A DNA stretch of 64,000 bases, taken from the NCBI GenBank assembly GCA_002256025.1, contig NKIB01012964.1, positions 1 through 64,000 of the forward strand, in the 5' to 3' direction. The notes beneath the pieces were generated by a model, which saw only the letters and a list, made by a program, of their open reading frames with translations, did not search any database and was not told the DNA's origin. This document shows positions 35,119 through 46,330 of this stretch, one piece after another. Source of the stretch: Asterionella formosa. Lineage: Eukaryota. How positions within the stretch are numbered: the stretch's first letter is position 1; each line of letters opens with the position of its first letter. The translations under genes and the position numbers were made by a program.

Positions 35119-36168
35119 TCACTCCAGCCTTTCTCGGATGTCTGCAATAGCTTCATAGTGCGATGCCCCAGCACTCTCTGACAACATGGCAACTTGAAAC
35201 AAATCATTCTGACCTACTGCTACTTGATTACTTGTGCCATCGCTAAGAAAGACAAATCCATTCGCCTTGTCGATTTGAGAGACGACTCGACCAACGGAGT
35301 CGGCCTTGCTAATATCCAATGGAACAAATGAGAGGAGACCAAAGTCATTGATAACCTCTGACAACAACTGATGAAGTTTCGAATGCTTTTTGAAATATTT
35401 TGATTGCCTTGTTTTTTGTCTAGCACGAACGTAGTCTGGGTCGTCCATATAGTTTGATTCGTAGTCGTCCCTAGCGCTGCCTTGGATATTGTTGTGCCCA
35501 TCCAGATATTCCACCAATCGATCCAAGTCGTGACATTCCAAGAAGTATTCCAATGAAAATGGCATGTCTTGATCCCTTTGGGCCAACAAATCAACTTTCG
35601 ACAGAACACTTACCGTTGGGAGCTCCATCCGCAACATAGTAGTGGTTGACAACAAGGCAGCACTTAGAAATTTGTTCGCCTCCCAACAGCTCGTGGCATC
35701 TACCAATGGAACACAAGTCAATCGCAGATTAAGTTCGTTCTGAAGTATTTTCATGAGATTCGTAACGCATTTTCCGTGTGTGTACACTTCGACTTGTCCG
35801 GGAAGATCAAAAAGTAAATAGTAGGGCCCCCCTTGTGCTAGACGAGCTTGCAAGAGGGCCACAAGGTCGTCTGCATGGGCTTCGATATATTCCATACAAT
35901 ACAGCAGACCTCCATTAGGACCCAAATGAAGCTCTTCCATAACGTTTTGTAAATTAACAATGTCGGTGCACACGTTGAGTAAGCATTTGTATTGCTGGCT
36001 GTTGTCAATCATCTCGTTGGCTGGATCTAAGTTGACAACGCCCACGTTGCGACCGAGCAACGTGAGATATTGTTGCATTCCGTTGCAAAAAGTCGTCTTG
36101 CCAGATCCAGGCGGCCCACAGACGACTTGCCCGTATATGATGGGAGAGGTTGATGTGCTAATTGGCAT
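35119..36168 (-). CDS. GPN2: GPN-loop GTPase 2
   Basis: GQVVCGPPGSGKTT, NLDPAN, LGPNGGLLYCMEY, FDLPGQVEVYTH and LSKVDL are present. Likely ATG at 36168. Confidence 0.9.
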   Translation of the reverse strand: MPISTSTSPIIYGQVVCGPPGSGKTTFCNGMQQYLTLLGRNVGVVNLDPANEMIDNSQQYKCLLNVCTDIVNLQNVMEELHLGPNGGLLYCMEYIEAHADDLVALLQARLAQGGPYYLLFDLPGQVEVYTHGKCVTNLMKILQNELNLRLTCVPLVDATSCWEANKFLSAALLSTTTMLRMELPTVSVLSKVDLLAQRDQDMPFSLEYFLECHDLDRLVEYLDGHNNIQGSARDDYESNYMDDPDYVRARQKTRQSKYFKKHSKLHQLLSEVINDFGLLSFVPLDISKADSVGRVVSQIDKANGFVFLSDGTSNQVAVGQNDLFQVAMLSESAGASHYEAIADIRERLE

Positions 36169-36767
36169 AATGGTCAACAGAAGTACAAGGCAGGACAAAG
36201 AAAGGAAGGAAAAGGAATTATGGCAGGTTGACAGGGGATTTCATCAAACAATTGTGCGTGTGTCGTACAGTTTTACAGTCGTGACTCAATTCGACTCAGT
36301 GTACCTACCTTGCGTTGTTTACGGAGTACCACCAAACAGCAGGTCGCAGCGCATCTGTCAAGTAGTTCGACAATACTTCAAACAGCACTGCCTATACCTG
36401 ATACCAGGGTACCCTGGAACCTGGTACCTGGTAGCAGGATACTCCATAGTCCACATTCCACATTCCACATGCAGTTACCGGTATCTAAATTCTCTGAACC
36501 CTCGTCAAACGTTCACATCATCACCCATGATTGATCTCTACTGCTTCAATCTATCCTCTATATTCCTGTACCTGTACTTGTTATAAGTATATAGCATTGC
36601 TTGTAATATATCTATACAGAAGAGCTGGGAACACAGAGCGACTTCTCGCATTGGATTTTTGAGATCGAGCGAGAAGAATAAATATATCTCATCTCGGCAT
36701 TGTTTGAATCGAGCGCCTCAAGTCATCGTCACCGCACAGTACAACAAACATCAACATACACACGCTC

Positions 36768-38819
36768 ATGTTGGCACCTATCGGCAGTAAGGAAGAAAGC
36801 AGCAGCTGCAGTAGTAGTAGTAGTAATAGTAGCAGTGATTCGCATGACAGGAGCACCAATAGTACTCCATGGAATAACCATCCAATATCAGCACCATCCG
36901 ACATGAAAGACTCCACCAATTCTGCATTTTCCTCTGTCGATGCTACTGAAGAAGCCACAGAAGAAGCTGCTACCTCTACAAACAATAACATGGTCACGGC
37001 AGAACAAGAACGTCAAATACTTTTATTGCTGCTCCTCGCTCAAGTGTGTGCCTTACATGATCCCACACCAAAGACATTTACTGTGCATGTCTTGGAACTG
37101 TACGAACGAGGACTGCTGGAACGACAATCGATTGCATTTCTATTCGATTTGGGGTTGGTTCCGGAACATTCACCAACCTATTTACTAGTTGAGCCGGGAC
37201 AACTCATGTGTAACGACGAAGTCGACATGCAGCAGGATGTAGGGATAGAGTGGACCGTTTCGCCACGATTGTCACAAGTAGACCTTCGGGCCCAAGAAAC
37301 GTCAGCGATTCGATCCAGATTAGAACAACACGAGGAAAACCAATATCATAGCCCCTTGGCACAAACACAATCAAAGAAGCGCTCGTCCTCTTGGGCTATT
37401 GATCAGCATCCATTATCACTTTCTCGGTATCAACGGGAATTCAAGCAAGGTCGTTTGCTCAACAGTGGCTCTTTCGGGAGTGTTTATTGCGCAACCAATG
37501 TATTCGATGGGCGAGATTATGCTATCAAGCGAGTCATGTTTTCAGCCTCTGGATACAGAAATGATAGTATTCATCAAGTAGTGCGAGAAGTCAGGTGTTT
37601 GGCTCAATGCGATCATCCCAATGTTGTGAGGTATTATACTAGTTGGTTGGAACCAAGCTGGGTTACTGGAAGTGGCCATGCTGTAAATAATGCGGATCAA
37701 ATTTCGTCAAAGCAAACGCAACGAAAGCTACTGACAGATATTCACCAAATGTTGACACAGGGACAATCTAAAGAGGAAATTAACAGAGAAGGAAGTAGCT
37801 TTGAAAGCTGGGGATCACGCTCGAATTATACTGATAATAGCGAAATAGGGGGTGATCGATTTAGTCACAATAACGACTATCGACAGCAATCGTGGCAACC
37901 TCCTCACAAGCAACAACCGAAACAGAAACAACAACAATCCTACCGCTATCAAATGGGCTTTTATATTCAAATGCAACTTTGCAGTCCAAGTACCCTGGCT
38001 GATTGGATTCGAACAAGAAATAGTAGCTACAATACATCGAATCGGTATCAGTCTGCCATTGAAATATTTGGGCAACTTGTCCAAGGAATCCAACACATTC
38101 ACGGGAAAGGTATTATTCATCGCGATTTGAAACCAGCTAATATTTTTTGTGGGGAAGATGGTCTCTTCAAGATAGGGGACTTTGGCTTATCCAAATTACT
38201 AACAACAGCCAATTGTGGCCATGATTTTTATCCTGTACCTCCATTGCTATTGCCATCGCCTCAGGCCTCTGTAGCGACTGCGCAAAAGTGGCAAGACCCG
38301 AACACTGCTGGTCTTGGAACAGCCTCCTATTGTGCTCCTGAGCAAGAATCAACTCAGTATTATGGCCCAAAAGCAGATATTTTTTCCCTAGGCCTAATTT
38401 TGTTGGAGCTAGTTTGCAGCTTTGGGACAGAGCACGAACGTATCTCTACCTTTCGGGATTGCCGCCGAGGTACCCTCCCGAAATCCTTGAATGACAACTA
38501 TATTACGTCCATCATTTTGGCATGTACAAATAAGGATCCATCGAAGCGACCGACTGCCGAGTCGTTGGTTGCCCTTACTCTTGATGGTACAGAAGAGCTG
38601 CGGCATAGGCTGGATGACAGCAAACATAAATTGGAGCAATATAAACTCATCATTGCGGAAAAGGATCGCATCATTGAGGAGTTGACACGGAAGGTGGAAA
38701 GTATGAACAATGTTGAACTTCTAATGGAAAGGGCCGCTGAATCGCAGAACGTACATAGTGTCAACGTCGGTATAGTGGAGAGTGTTGAGTCAACAACATT
38801 TGATGACGATGACTATTAG
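36768..38819 (+). CDS. eIF2-alpha kinase-like Ser/Thr kinase (PEK family) with a C-terminal coiled coil
   Basis: SRYQREF..L.SGSFGSV, YAIKRV, HPNVVRYYTSW, a long kinase insert, YIQMQLC, IIHRDLKPANIF, IGDFGL and GTASYCAPEQ. Confidence 0.92.
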   Translation: MLAPIGSKEESSSCSSSSSNSSSDSHDRSTNSTPWNNHPISAPSDMKDSTNSAFSSVDATEEATEEAATSTNNNMVTAEQERQILLLLLLAQVCALHDPTPKTFTVHVLELYERGLLERQSIAFLFDLGLVPEHSPTYLLVEPGQLMCNDEVDMQQDVGIEWTVSPRLSQVDLRAQETSAIRSRLEQHEENQYHSPLAQTQSKKRSSSWAIDQHPLSLSRYQREFKQGRLLNSGSFGSVYCATNVFDGRDYAIKRVMFSASGYRNDSIHQVVREVRCLAQCDHPNVVRYYTSWLEPSWVTGSGHAVNNADQISSKQTQRKLLTDIHQMLTQGQSKEEINREGSSFESWGSRSNYTDNSEIGGDRFSHNNDYRQQSWQPPHKQQPKQKQQQSYRYQMGFYIQMQLCSPSTLADWIRTRNSSYNTSNRYQSAIEIFGQLVQGIQHIHGKGIIHRDLKPANIFCGEDGLFKIGDFGLSKLLTTANCGHDFYPVPPLLLPSPQASVATAQKWQDPNTAGLGTASYCAPEQESTQYYGPKADIFSLGLILLELVCSFGTEHERISTFRDCRRGTLPKSLNDNYITSIILACTNKDPSKRPTAESLVALTLDGTEELRHRLDDSKHKLEQYKLIIAEKDRIIEELTRKVESMNNVELLMERAAESQNVHSVNVGIVESVESTTFDDDDY

Positions 38820-39170
38820 GCAGCCAGATGACGCACTAAACGAAGTTTTAAATCATATCTTTTGCTTGTTCGGTCTTCGTGTAGTGCTTGTCTCGCGGAA
38901 AACTACTCTGTAATATAGCTTGTTCTTTGTAAATTGACTTCACCGAAGTCTTCCATTAACCAAGCGAAACATTTTTTGCAAATGGTTTTGTAACCCCCAC
39001 TCTGAGGTCAACCATCGATGGTAATGATGTATGAACAAAAATGAACTACGGCTATGGGACAGATCACGACACTCTAATAGATTAATTTCTTGACATCCGA
39101 GACACCAAAGTTCCTTTTCTTGATAGCAACACAAACCAACAGCACCACAGCATGTGTTCCCTACTATACT

Positions 39171-40034
39171 CTAATTTCTCGTACGATTCGAATTATTCTT
39201 GTTGGATGCATGTTTTGGTGGCTTGGATTGAGGTGAGGTCCCTGGAGGCGACGCAGATGTTTTACCTGGAGGAGAGGAGGTAGATGGAGCCAAAGCGGGG
39301 GGCGCGCTAGAAGACGAACCGTTAGATGAATTGGACGAGCCGTTGTTACCCGAGTTTGCCGATCCCGCTTTTGCGGCAATGAATCCGATTATTCCAACCA
39401 GTAAGGCAAAAACGAGAAATAACATTGCCTTTCGCCACCGCCTGCATCCCGAATGACTACGATCTACGTGTTCTTCTCCTAGCTCAGAAAAATCTTCTTC
39501 ATCGTCGATTGTCTCTCCGACGGGAATACACACTTCACTACCAGTGGTCGCCTTTCGAAAGTTGCGAGACTTTCCTCTTTCATGGTAGACAGAAGTGTTG
39601 ATACTGGATATGCCTAGAGAGCTATCATCATTGTCATAATAGTTGACTGGGTTTCCGTAATAGCTGCGAGGTTGAGCCGTCTCTTCATCATTTGATAGAC
39701 CAAGCGAACTGTCATCATTGTCGTAGTAATCTGCAGGGTTAACCTCGTTGCTGTTGCTTTGAGGGCGCTGGACTGTCTCTCTAACGCGTGGACCAAGGAG
39801 CGAACCGATTCCTTGCATATTCACAGGGTCACTAGCAACTGTTGCGTCGCCTCCATACATAGACGAGTTGATGCTGGAAAGATCGTCGTTGTTGGGATCA
39901 ACAGATATTTCATCCACTGCAACTGCAACGTCTCGCTGACTCGACGCGTTGGCTTTGATAACCGGTTCATCGTCTGGATAATCTCCTCGATTGATTTCAT
40001 CCAATCCTTTGGTATCTGGCATAGAATGATTCAT
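39171..40034 (-). CDS. Hypothetical single-pass membrane protein with an acidic disordered N-terminus
   Basis: ATG at 40034, one transmembrane helix (AMLFLVFALLVGIIGFIAA), an internal repeat YYDNDDSSLG twice, and a Ser/Pro-rich tail. Confidence 0.65.
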   Translation of the reverse strand: MNHSMPDTKGLDEINRGDYPDDEPVIKANASSQRDVAVAVDEISVDPNNDDLSSINSSMYGGDATVASDPVNMQGIGSLLGPRVRETVQRPQSNSNEVNPADYYDNDDSSLGLSNDEETAQPRSYYGNPVNYYDNDDSSLGISSINTSVYHERGKSRNFRKATTGSEVCIPVGETIDDEEDFSELGEEHVDRSHSGCRRWRKAMLFLVFALLVGIIGFIAAKAGSANSGNNGSSNSSNGSSSSAPPALAPSTSSPPGKTSASPPGTSPQSKPPKHASNKNNSNRTRN

Positions 40035-40846
40035 CTTCTGAGCACTGAATGTTGGAAGTTGCAGCAGCAACAAATAATGGAAATGTAATAAATATAATTT
40101 ACCGGTATGTGAATTTTGTTTGTCGGTTCAATCGGTTTTTCCTTCGGGATTCGGTACTCGCCATTTGTCGTTCGCTCAGCCAAGACACCGCCGGCTCATT
40201 GGTTCTCAGTTGCTATGTTACTTAGACGATACTCCGACTCTGCTTCCTTTTACTTCATCAAATGGTACCAGGTAGCTACCGGTACCGGTAACCATGGACT
40301 CCAGTAATGATGTTACTTAATACTGGTGAAGGTAGATTTTCACGAGGACATTCCGTTTCACGACCCAGTCCTAATCTTTTCATCATCATACAAAGCGATT
40401 TGCGGGACTACATTTTTGAACCATGATAATGTTTTTGTTGAGAATTCTATGTAGAGTCTAACGACCAGGGAGGGAGTATACTGTACCTATGCAAGGAAAG
40501 AATAGCTAAGATAGTTATACCGGTACGCACATAGATACCGGTAGGTGTCCGGAGCAAAATAACTCTCCCACACCAATGATGGTGTGCCATGCATCATTCT
40601 TTCCCAGTATGTACATATGATATATTTCTAGGTGTGATAGCAAGACACTCGTGGTACCCGGTCAGTACAATTACAAGTACTGGGAACTGGGAGTGTCAAA
40701 CTTTACTAAAAAAAATTGGAATTTCCAAAAATGAGACATTTCTAAAACGCACAAGGTAACAAACATTTTTATGTCGATCCTTGCAAAGCATGATGTTGAA
40801 ATCTCATCACAAATGAAGCTTATTTAATTACATGTTCTGTTTGCAG

Positions 40847-42030
40847 TCAAAGCAAAGCTGGCTGAGTGAAACAATTGAAGACAAGCCAGGGGGATAAAAG
40901 CCCTTGGTAAACACCTGTAATGTGTCCTAGACCAGCCCCATACATCATGTAGACATACCAATGTTTCAAGCTGATGTTTAAGTCTGAACCAATGTTGCAT
41001 ACCTTAGATTTTATGCAGTAGTCCAGTATCTTTTTTGAATAGCCCCCAATACAAATGGCATGCCCGCTATTCAAATTATATTTATTACCACTGGAGCGCT
41101 GCTGCCAGCCCATATCAAAACTTATAGTAAGTCTTGGCTTGTTTTCCAGGATCACGCATGCTTCTTTGCTAAGGTTTTCCCACCAAGAATAGACTTTCCC
41201 AATATTGGTCCAAACATGACGTTCATGTACATCCAGAGTTAGACGTACCTCCTTGTTCATTGCCTCTCTCATTGATTTTACTGTTGCAACTACTTCAGCT
41301 TCACCTATTCGTTGGCTGCTCCAGATTATTAAACCTTCCCTTCCTGCTCCAGTAACCAATTTGCAAAGGGTAAGGAAAAGGACGAGCATATTATATCAGC
41401 ATCAACCATGATGCTCATTCCTGCTTCGTGACAACCAAGAACAAACATGTTGTTGATTACAAAGTGTTCTGATTGATCGCCTTTCTCATAAAATTTCCTT
41501 CTTTGTTTTTGCAATATACTGGTTCAATATACTTTCTTTCATCACATTGCGCACAGAAAATTGAAATTCGGCTAGCAATGCCAAGGAAGAAGGACTAACA
41601 TTGTCGGCAACAATCAGCCTTGACATCTGTGAAGGAGATTCCGCCGCTATGCTGTCAATAACTTCATGGCTTGCAAAAAATTCTTTGTATTTATCTTCAA
41701 TTGATCTTTTTACATGACATTGTTGGATGAAGTATGATAGTAAATCTGGCATTCCTTGTTTGTATGCATTGTTATACGCTGCAATTTCAACTTTTCATTG
41801 CATTTATTACAGCTACTATGGAATTCTATAAACTGTTGCAATGATTATGCAGAAAATAGACGATGTCGTCTCAGATTCCACATGGGCGGTGTGTTTTCTA
41901 TTGTATCTGTAAATTTATTTGTTTCGTCAAACCAAATGGTTTCATCAGGCGCCTCTGTGCGTGTGCGCTGTCCCATGCCACCATTGGCAATCGAGGAACA
42001 GAGACGGGTAGTACCTGAACCTTTCATAAT
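40847..42030 (-). mobile_element. Degenerate Mutator-like (MULE) transposase remnant
   Basis: ISFDMGWQQRSSGNKYNLNSGH...IGGYSKKILDYCIKSKVC matches the D.G.WQ.R..S..G...IG...K.LD...SK.C motif of Mutator-like transposases. It is frameshifted and truncated. Confidence 0.75.
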
Positions 42031-43364
42031 TTAGAAACAAGTAATGATGTAATAAATTTATGTTTTTAATTGTTTAATGCAAATGATTGAAAGGTGGTTT
42101 GAATATTTATTGATGGCTTTTCATGTTAGAAAGACTGAGAATATTTTCAGCAATGCGATGACGAGGATGACAAGTTCAAATATAAGCAAACCAATAAAAT
42201 TAATAGATGACCAACATTCCTTTGGCACTATGTTTAATCTTTTTAGACACTGGTTGGAAATCAGTGTACTCTTCTTTGTGATCCTTATTCTTGATAAGCG
42301 AAGCAACAAACCCCCTTCAGGCAAAAATCTGGAAGTTCTATTCGGATTCCTTTCCCCAAGGAACCACAGAATGTCTTGACAAGAAACTTGTATACAAGGT
42401 TTCTTCCTTGACCCGGCGTGATCCACATTTTCTTCAAGTCGAAGCTGAACCAAATCTATCTTCATGTATTGCTCAACTAACTCCTCCATCTTGTCCCATC
42501 AACATTGACACTCTTGCCATGATGCAAAGTCACAAAATACACAGAAGATGCGATTCCCGCAGCCTTCAACTTCTGACTCAGTATTGACATGATCAATACA
42601 AGAAGGGCACGGAACATGGTTGTATGGAAGAGGACGAGAGTCATTCACTACGGGCGTGGTTGATTGTTGCGTTGCTCGACGTTATTTTGTTTCTCAAAGG
42701 AGAACCAATTTTATATACATAGAAGCAGGATGACTATACAATATGCTCGAGGTATATATACTACCGGTAGCTAGAGTCTATACATGCGTTCTGGTGGGGA
42801 GTAAAATTATATCCACATTGAGCAATGTAGATATAACATAAACGTCTTCATTCTTTTTGAAATGGAACTCTTTCAATGTGGCGCCATTTTCTACTCAGTT
42901 TAAATATTTAAACAGGTACTTGCATCACAGAAACAAATTCCCTGCTTCACGTCAATTTTACAACCCTAGCGATTTTTTCTTCAAACTAGGGTTAAGCAGG
43001 GGCCACAACCTCAATGCATTATATTTTACCTCTAATAGCCGGGTGAGTTTCTACAAGGTCTTAGAACCCTAAAATGTAGAAGGGACTAGGTATTGAAAAA
43101 ATATTCAACTGAAAAACTTTTAGCAGCTACCAGAAAAATTGGAACCTTTAAATAAACACCCATCCTTCAGCAGAGGGAAGTATGGTTAGCGTTAATGTTA
43201 ATGGGGAGAACAATATAAACACCTGCAACATTCCAAATGTTTTGGTTCACAAGTCACATGATTTCCGAGCCTCAGCCAAGCCATTTTCAATCAACAGGAC
43301 AGTTTGAAAAGTAGATATCCCATTGATTGAAAACATACAATTTCACCTAAGATAAAATCAGTAC

Positions 43365-44609
43365 CTAATGAGGCGGAACCAAAATTCCCGGTCGACTTGA
43401 TGGTGCTATCAAGACTTCATTTATCAAACAAGAGATAGACATGTCCATTGAGCACATATCCATTGTTTCCTGGGCAACAGCATAAAGACTGTAAATGATG
43501 AAACACCCCCAAAAACTAAGGGTAAGCCATGGCACACTGTTGACCATTTCTCCTCCAGCAACTTTTGTATTAGCTGGTACACGAGTCATTAATGTCAAGA
43601 GCGCCAATTGACTATCGGCAGATGCTGACATGGCATGATACATCATGCCGTCGTTTTCTCCCTTGATGGGTGTTGGGTACGGTCGAGCTGCAATGCAGGT
43701 GACAGGCAATTCATGCACTTCTATCCACTTCTTAATTGGTTTCCATGTATTCACATCGAATATAACAATAGTTCCATCGACTCCACCCAAAACTAAGCGA
43801 CCATCTCCAGACAAGTTCATCGCCGAGACGGGGCAAGGATGTATTTCTGTTCGAACTTCACACACGTAGGATCCTCCCTTGTTGATCCATTTGCTGAGAT
43901 AGGCTTTGCCCTTTCGTCCACTCGCCATTGTATATAAAAGATTCCCTTCTAAATCCCCAAAGGCTGTCCCACGAACCAATACTTGCTGAGCTTTTTTCGG
44001 TGGCGGTGCCTTTGGATCGGTCACATCACATGTCATTGTGACCATACGTGTGTCATTATGCCATACACGGGCTGTCCCATCCTTCGCTGAGGAGAGTAAC
44101 AGGGTTGACCTCAGAGCAAAAGATAGCGAACATACCGCTTTTTCGTGTCCTTTCAAGACGTACATGGGGACAAATAAGTTTTCATGCTTTGAAAATACAT
44201 GCACATCACCAGACTCACATCCGACACCCATTCTATCCCCCAAAGCATTGATTGCCACCACATTTGTTCCTCCGCTGTCATTGACAGGAAATGTTCCTGT
44301 CATTTCTCCCGCCGGCAGAGCAAAGCGCTTGACGGAGGATCCAATCGCTCCAAAAAGCAAAATCTCCATTGTGTTATAATCCTGCCAGACCGTGACTTGT
44401 ATACAAACGTCATCCCCCGTATTAATGTCCACGGCTGGCTGGTCATTGATGCGAATGACAATCTTATTGGACACACCAGTCTTGGCAGATCCGCCTCCGC
44501 CGCAATAGCTAACGACAGAATCTCCAGTTTCTGGATTTGCCCACCAATTCAGCCCAAAGACCGGAAAGGAGAGAGGCTCGATTTTGCTGGGATAGCGTGG
44601 CTTGGGCAT
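43365..44609 (-). CDS. SEC12: SEC12/PREB-like WD40 guanine-nucleotide exchange factor for Sar1
   Basis: N-terminal FPVFG..CGGGGSAKTGVSNKI (K-loop), WD40 repeats (GHEKAVCSL..SSAKDGTARVW; SASADS) and a C-terminal transmembrane helix. Confidence 0.88.
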   Translation of the reverse strand: MPKPRYPSKIEPLSFPVFGLNWWANPETGDSVVSYCGGGGSAKTGVSNKIVIRINDQPAVDINTGDDVCIQVTVWQDYNTMEILLFGAIGSSVKRFALPAGEMTGTFPVNDSGGTNVVAINALGDRMGVGCESGDVHVFSKHENLFVPMYVLKGHEKAVCSLSFALRSTLLLSSAKDGTARVWHNDTRMVTMTCDVTDPKAPPPKKAQQVLVRGTAFGDLEGNLLYTMASGRKGKAYLSKWINKGGSYVCEVRTEIHPCPVSAMNLSGDGRLVLGGVDGTIVIFDVNTWKPIKKWIEVHELPVTCIAARPYPTPIKGENDGMMYHAMSASADSQLALLTLMTRVPANTKVAGGEMVNSVPWLTLSFWGCFIIYSLYAVAQETMDMCSMDMSISCLINEVLIAPSSRPGILVPPH

Positions 44610-44930
44610 GGTCTTCGCTGTTTGCTTTGTTGCGGCGTTCGAAGGACGGGCGTGTCAGAAGCCAGTTGAGCTGAGAACGCAATAAAATTACGCACTTGAC
44701 TCTCGTTCGGTCTCGCCTGTTGTCTCCTCGTGAAGTCTACTGAATCGCGAATCGCAGAGGGATGGAATATGAGTAGAGTACGGTAGGGATGTGTTAAAAC
44801 CACTCAACCTCGTGTTCAAATGAATACCGGTAGTAGCAATGCGAAACGTGGCACTAGCGTGGATACAACTCCATTCATTCAGTCCTGAAGGCAATTCCCG
44901 CAAGACGATAATACCAGTCGAGTACATACC

Positions 44931-46330
44931 GGTACTTCTAAAAAGTAATTCTTAGGCTCTAAGTAATTTCTTAAGTAATTTTTTTAGGGGTAATATTGGA
45001 CATACCGAATTTTTCGGCATTAGTAGCGTCAAAGGTTATAGAAAAAATTATGTTTTGGGATAGAAATGAAGTAAAAATTATGAATTTCAGTGGAGATGTA
45101 TGCATTGTAGTACATACACAGGCAACATTGACTTCATTTCATCACACAATCGAAGAGCGAAATAATTCAGAAAAGAAGAAAAAAGCTGAACCCAATTGAG
45201 ATCCTTTGCATTGTTATGTAGTGTAGATAATCTGGTTGCTGCAACCATGTACACAGCTTTAGCCTGACATGAGTAACAGTCCTTCTGCCCCCAGTCGTTC
45301 CTCCCACCAAACAAGAACCCTGATCATTCTATTCCATTCTGAGCAAGCATGATTGCCAGGTCACTCCACTATTGACTCTCTCTAGCTGAATATTGATACA
45401 TAGCTTGTGATACGAACTCTGAGTAGAAAAAGTAGCAAAGCGTTTTATTACAAGAAAAGCGCTTGGCGGCAATCTCGTAAAGATAATACCAACAAATCTA
45501 CAAATTATAACGTGTTCAAAGTAAGCATTTGTTTTCTTCCTTCCCATCATTGCCACTTTAGTAGTTGTGCAATCCCTATTTGAAGGCAATTTACTATTGT
45601 TCTATTGTTATATCACTTTTTGTAGGTATGCTGAGAATAGATGGTTCGAAAAAAGGGGGTCATACATCTACATATTGCTTGAGATGCCCATAACTACTAC
45701 TAAGAAAAAATCGAAAAAGCCGAAACATGTTTTTTTTAAATGTAGTTGCCGATTTTAAATTTACTACATTTATATTAACACAGATCTGTATAGCTTGTGT
45801 GATTGCGCACATTAGGGCAATTGAACTGGAGAAAGTCATGGGAATTGGCAAAAATGCCGCCCAAGCAAGCTCGGCCCCATCCAAGCAATGTGCTCATCAT
45901 TCCTTTTCCTTTTCAAGAAGTCAGTAACTCATTGACATGATGTGTCTCGTTGAATCAAGGTTTTGACGATTTCATTTGCATCGGTCTTGCCATCCAGTGT
46001 AAGTGGTATGGCTAGTAAGGTAAGTTTTGCCATCAATCAACTCTCTTCCCCAAAAGGCTTGCATTAACCCCTTGCTTCGCCCTGCCTTCCCAGCCAGCCT
46101 TACTTGACTTATATTCTTTGTCGATTTAGTATGACGAACAAAAATTCAGAAGCTCGCATTTTCATTTACCTGTTGTGTTAGCTCGTCTTGAAGCAAGGTC
46201 AGCAATTAATGGCATCCTTGCCACCACTGATGACTTATCAGATAGATCAGATAGGTGAACAAACTTATAAGTTGGATGCATTATTAAGAACATCAATTTT
46301 GTCTTTGAATTGACCCGTTATATAATTGCA
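44931..46330 (-). mobile_element. Degenerate Tc1-like DDE transposon, with one end at about 44931
   Basis: Minus-strand fragments read QFKDKIDVL..HPTYKFVHL.D, GWEG..KGLMQAFW.R.LIDG and DGAELAWAA, which resemble motifs of this family as recalled. The terminus is homologous to 7660-7752. Confidence 0.55.

Noticed and set aside
35960..36586. 208-aa plus-strand ORF
   Set aside because: It is antisense to GPN2 and runs through the promoter, with no protein-like features.
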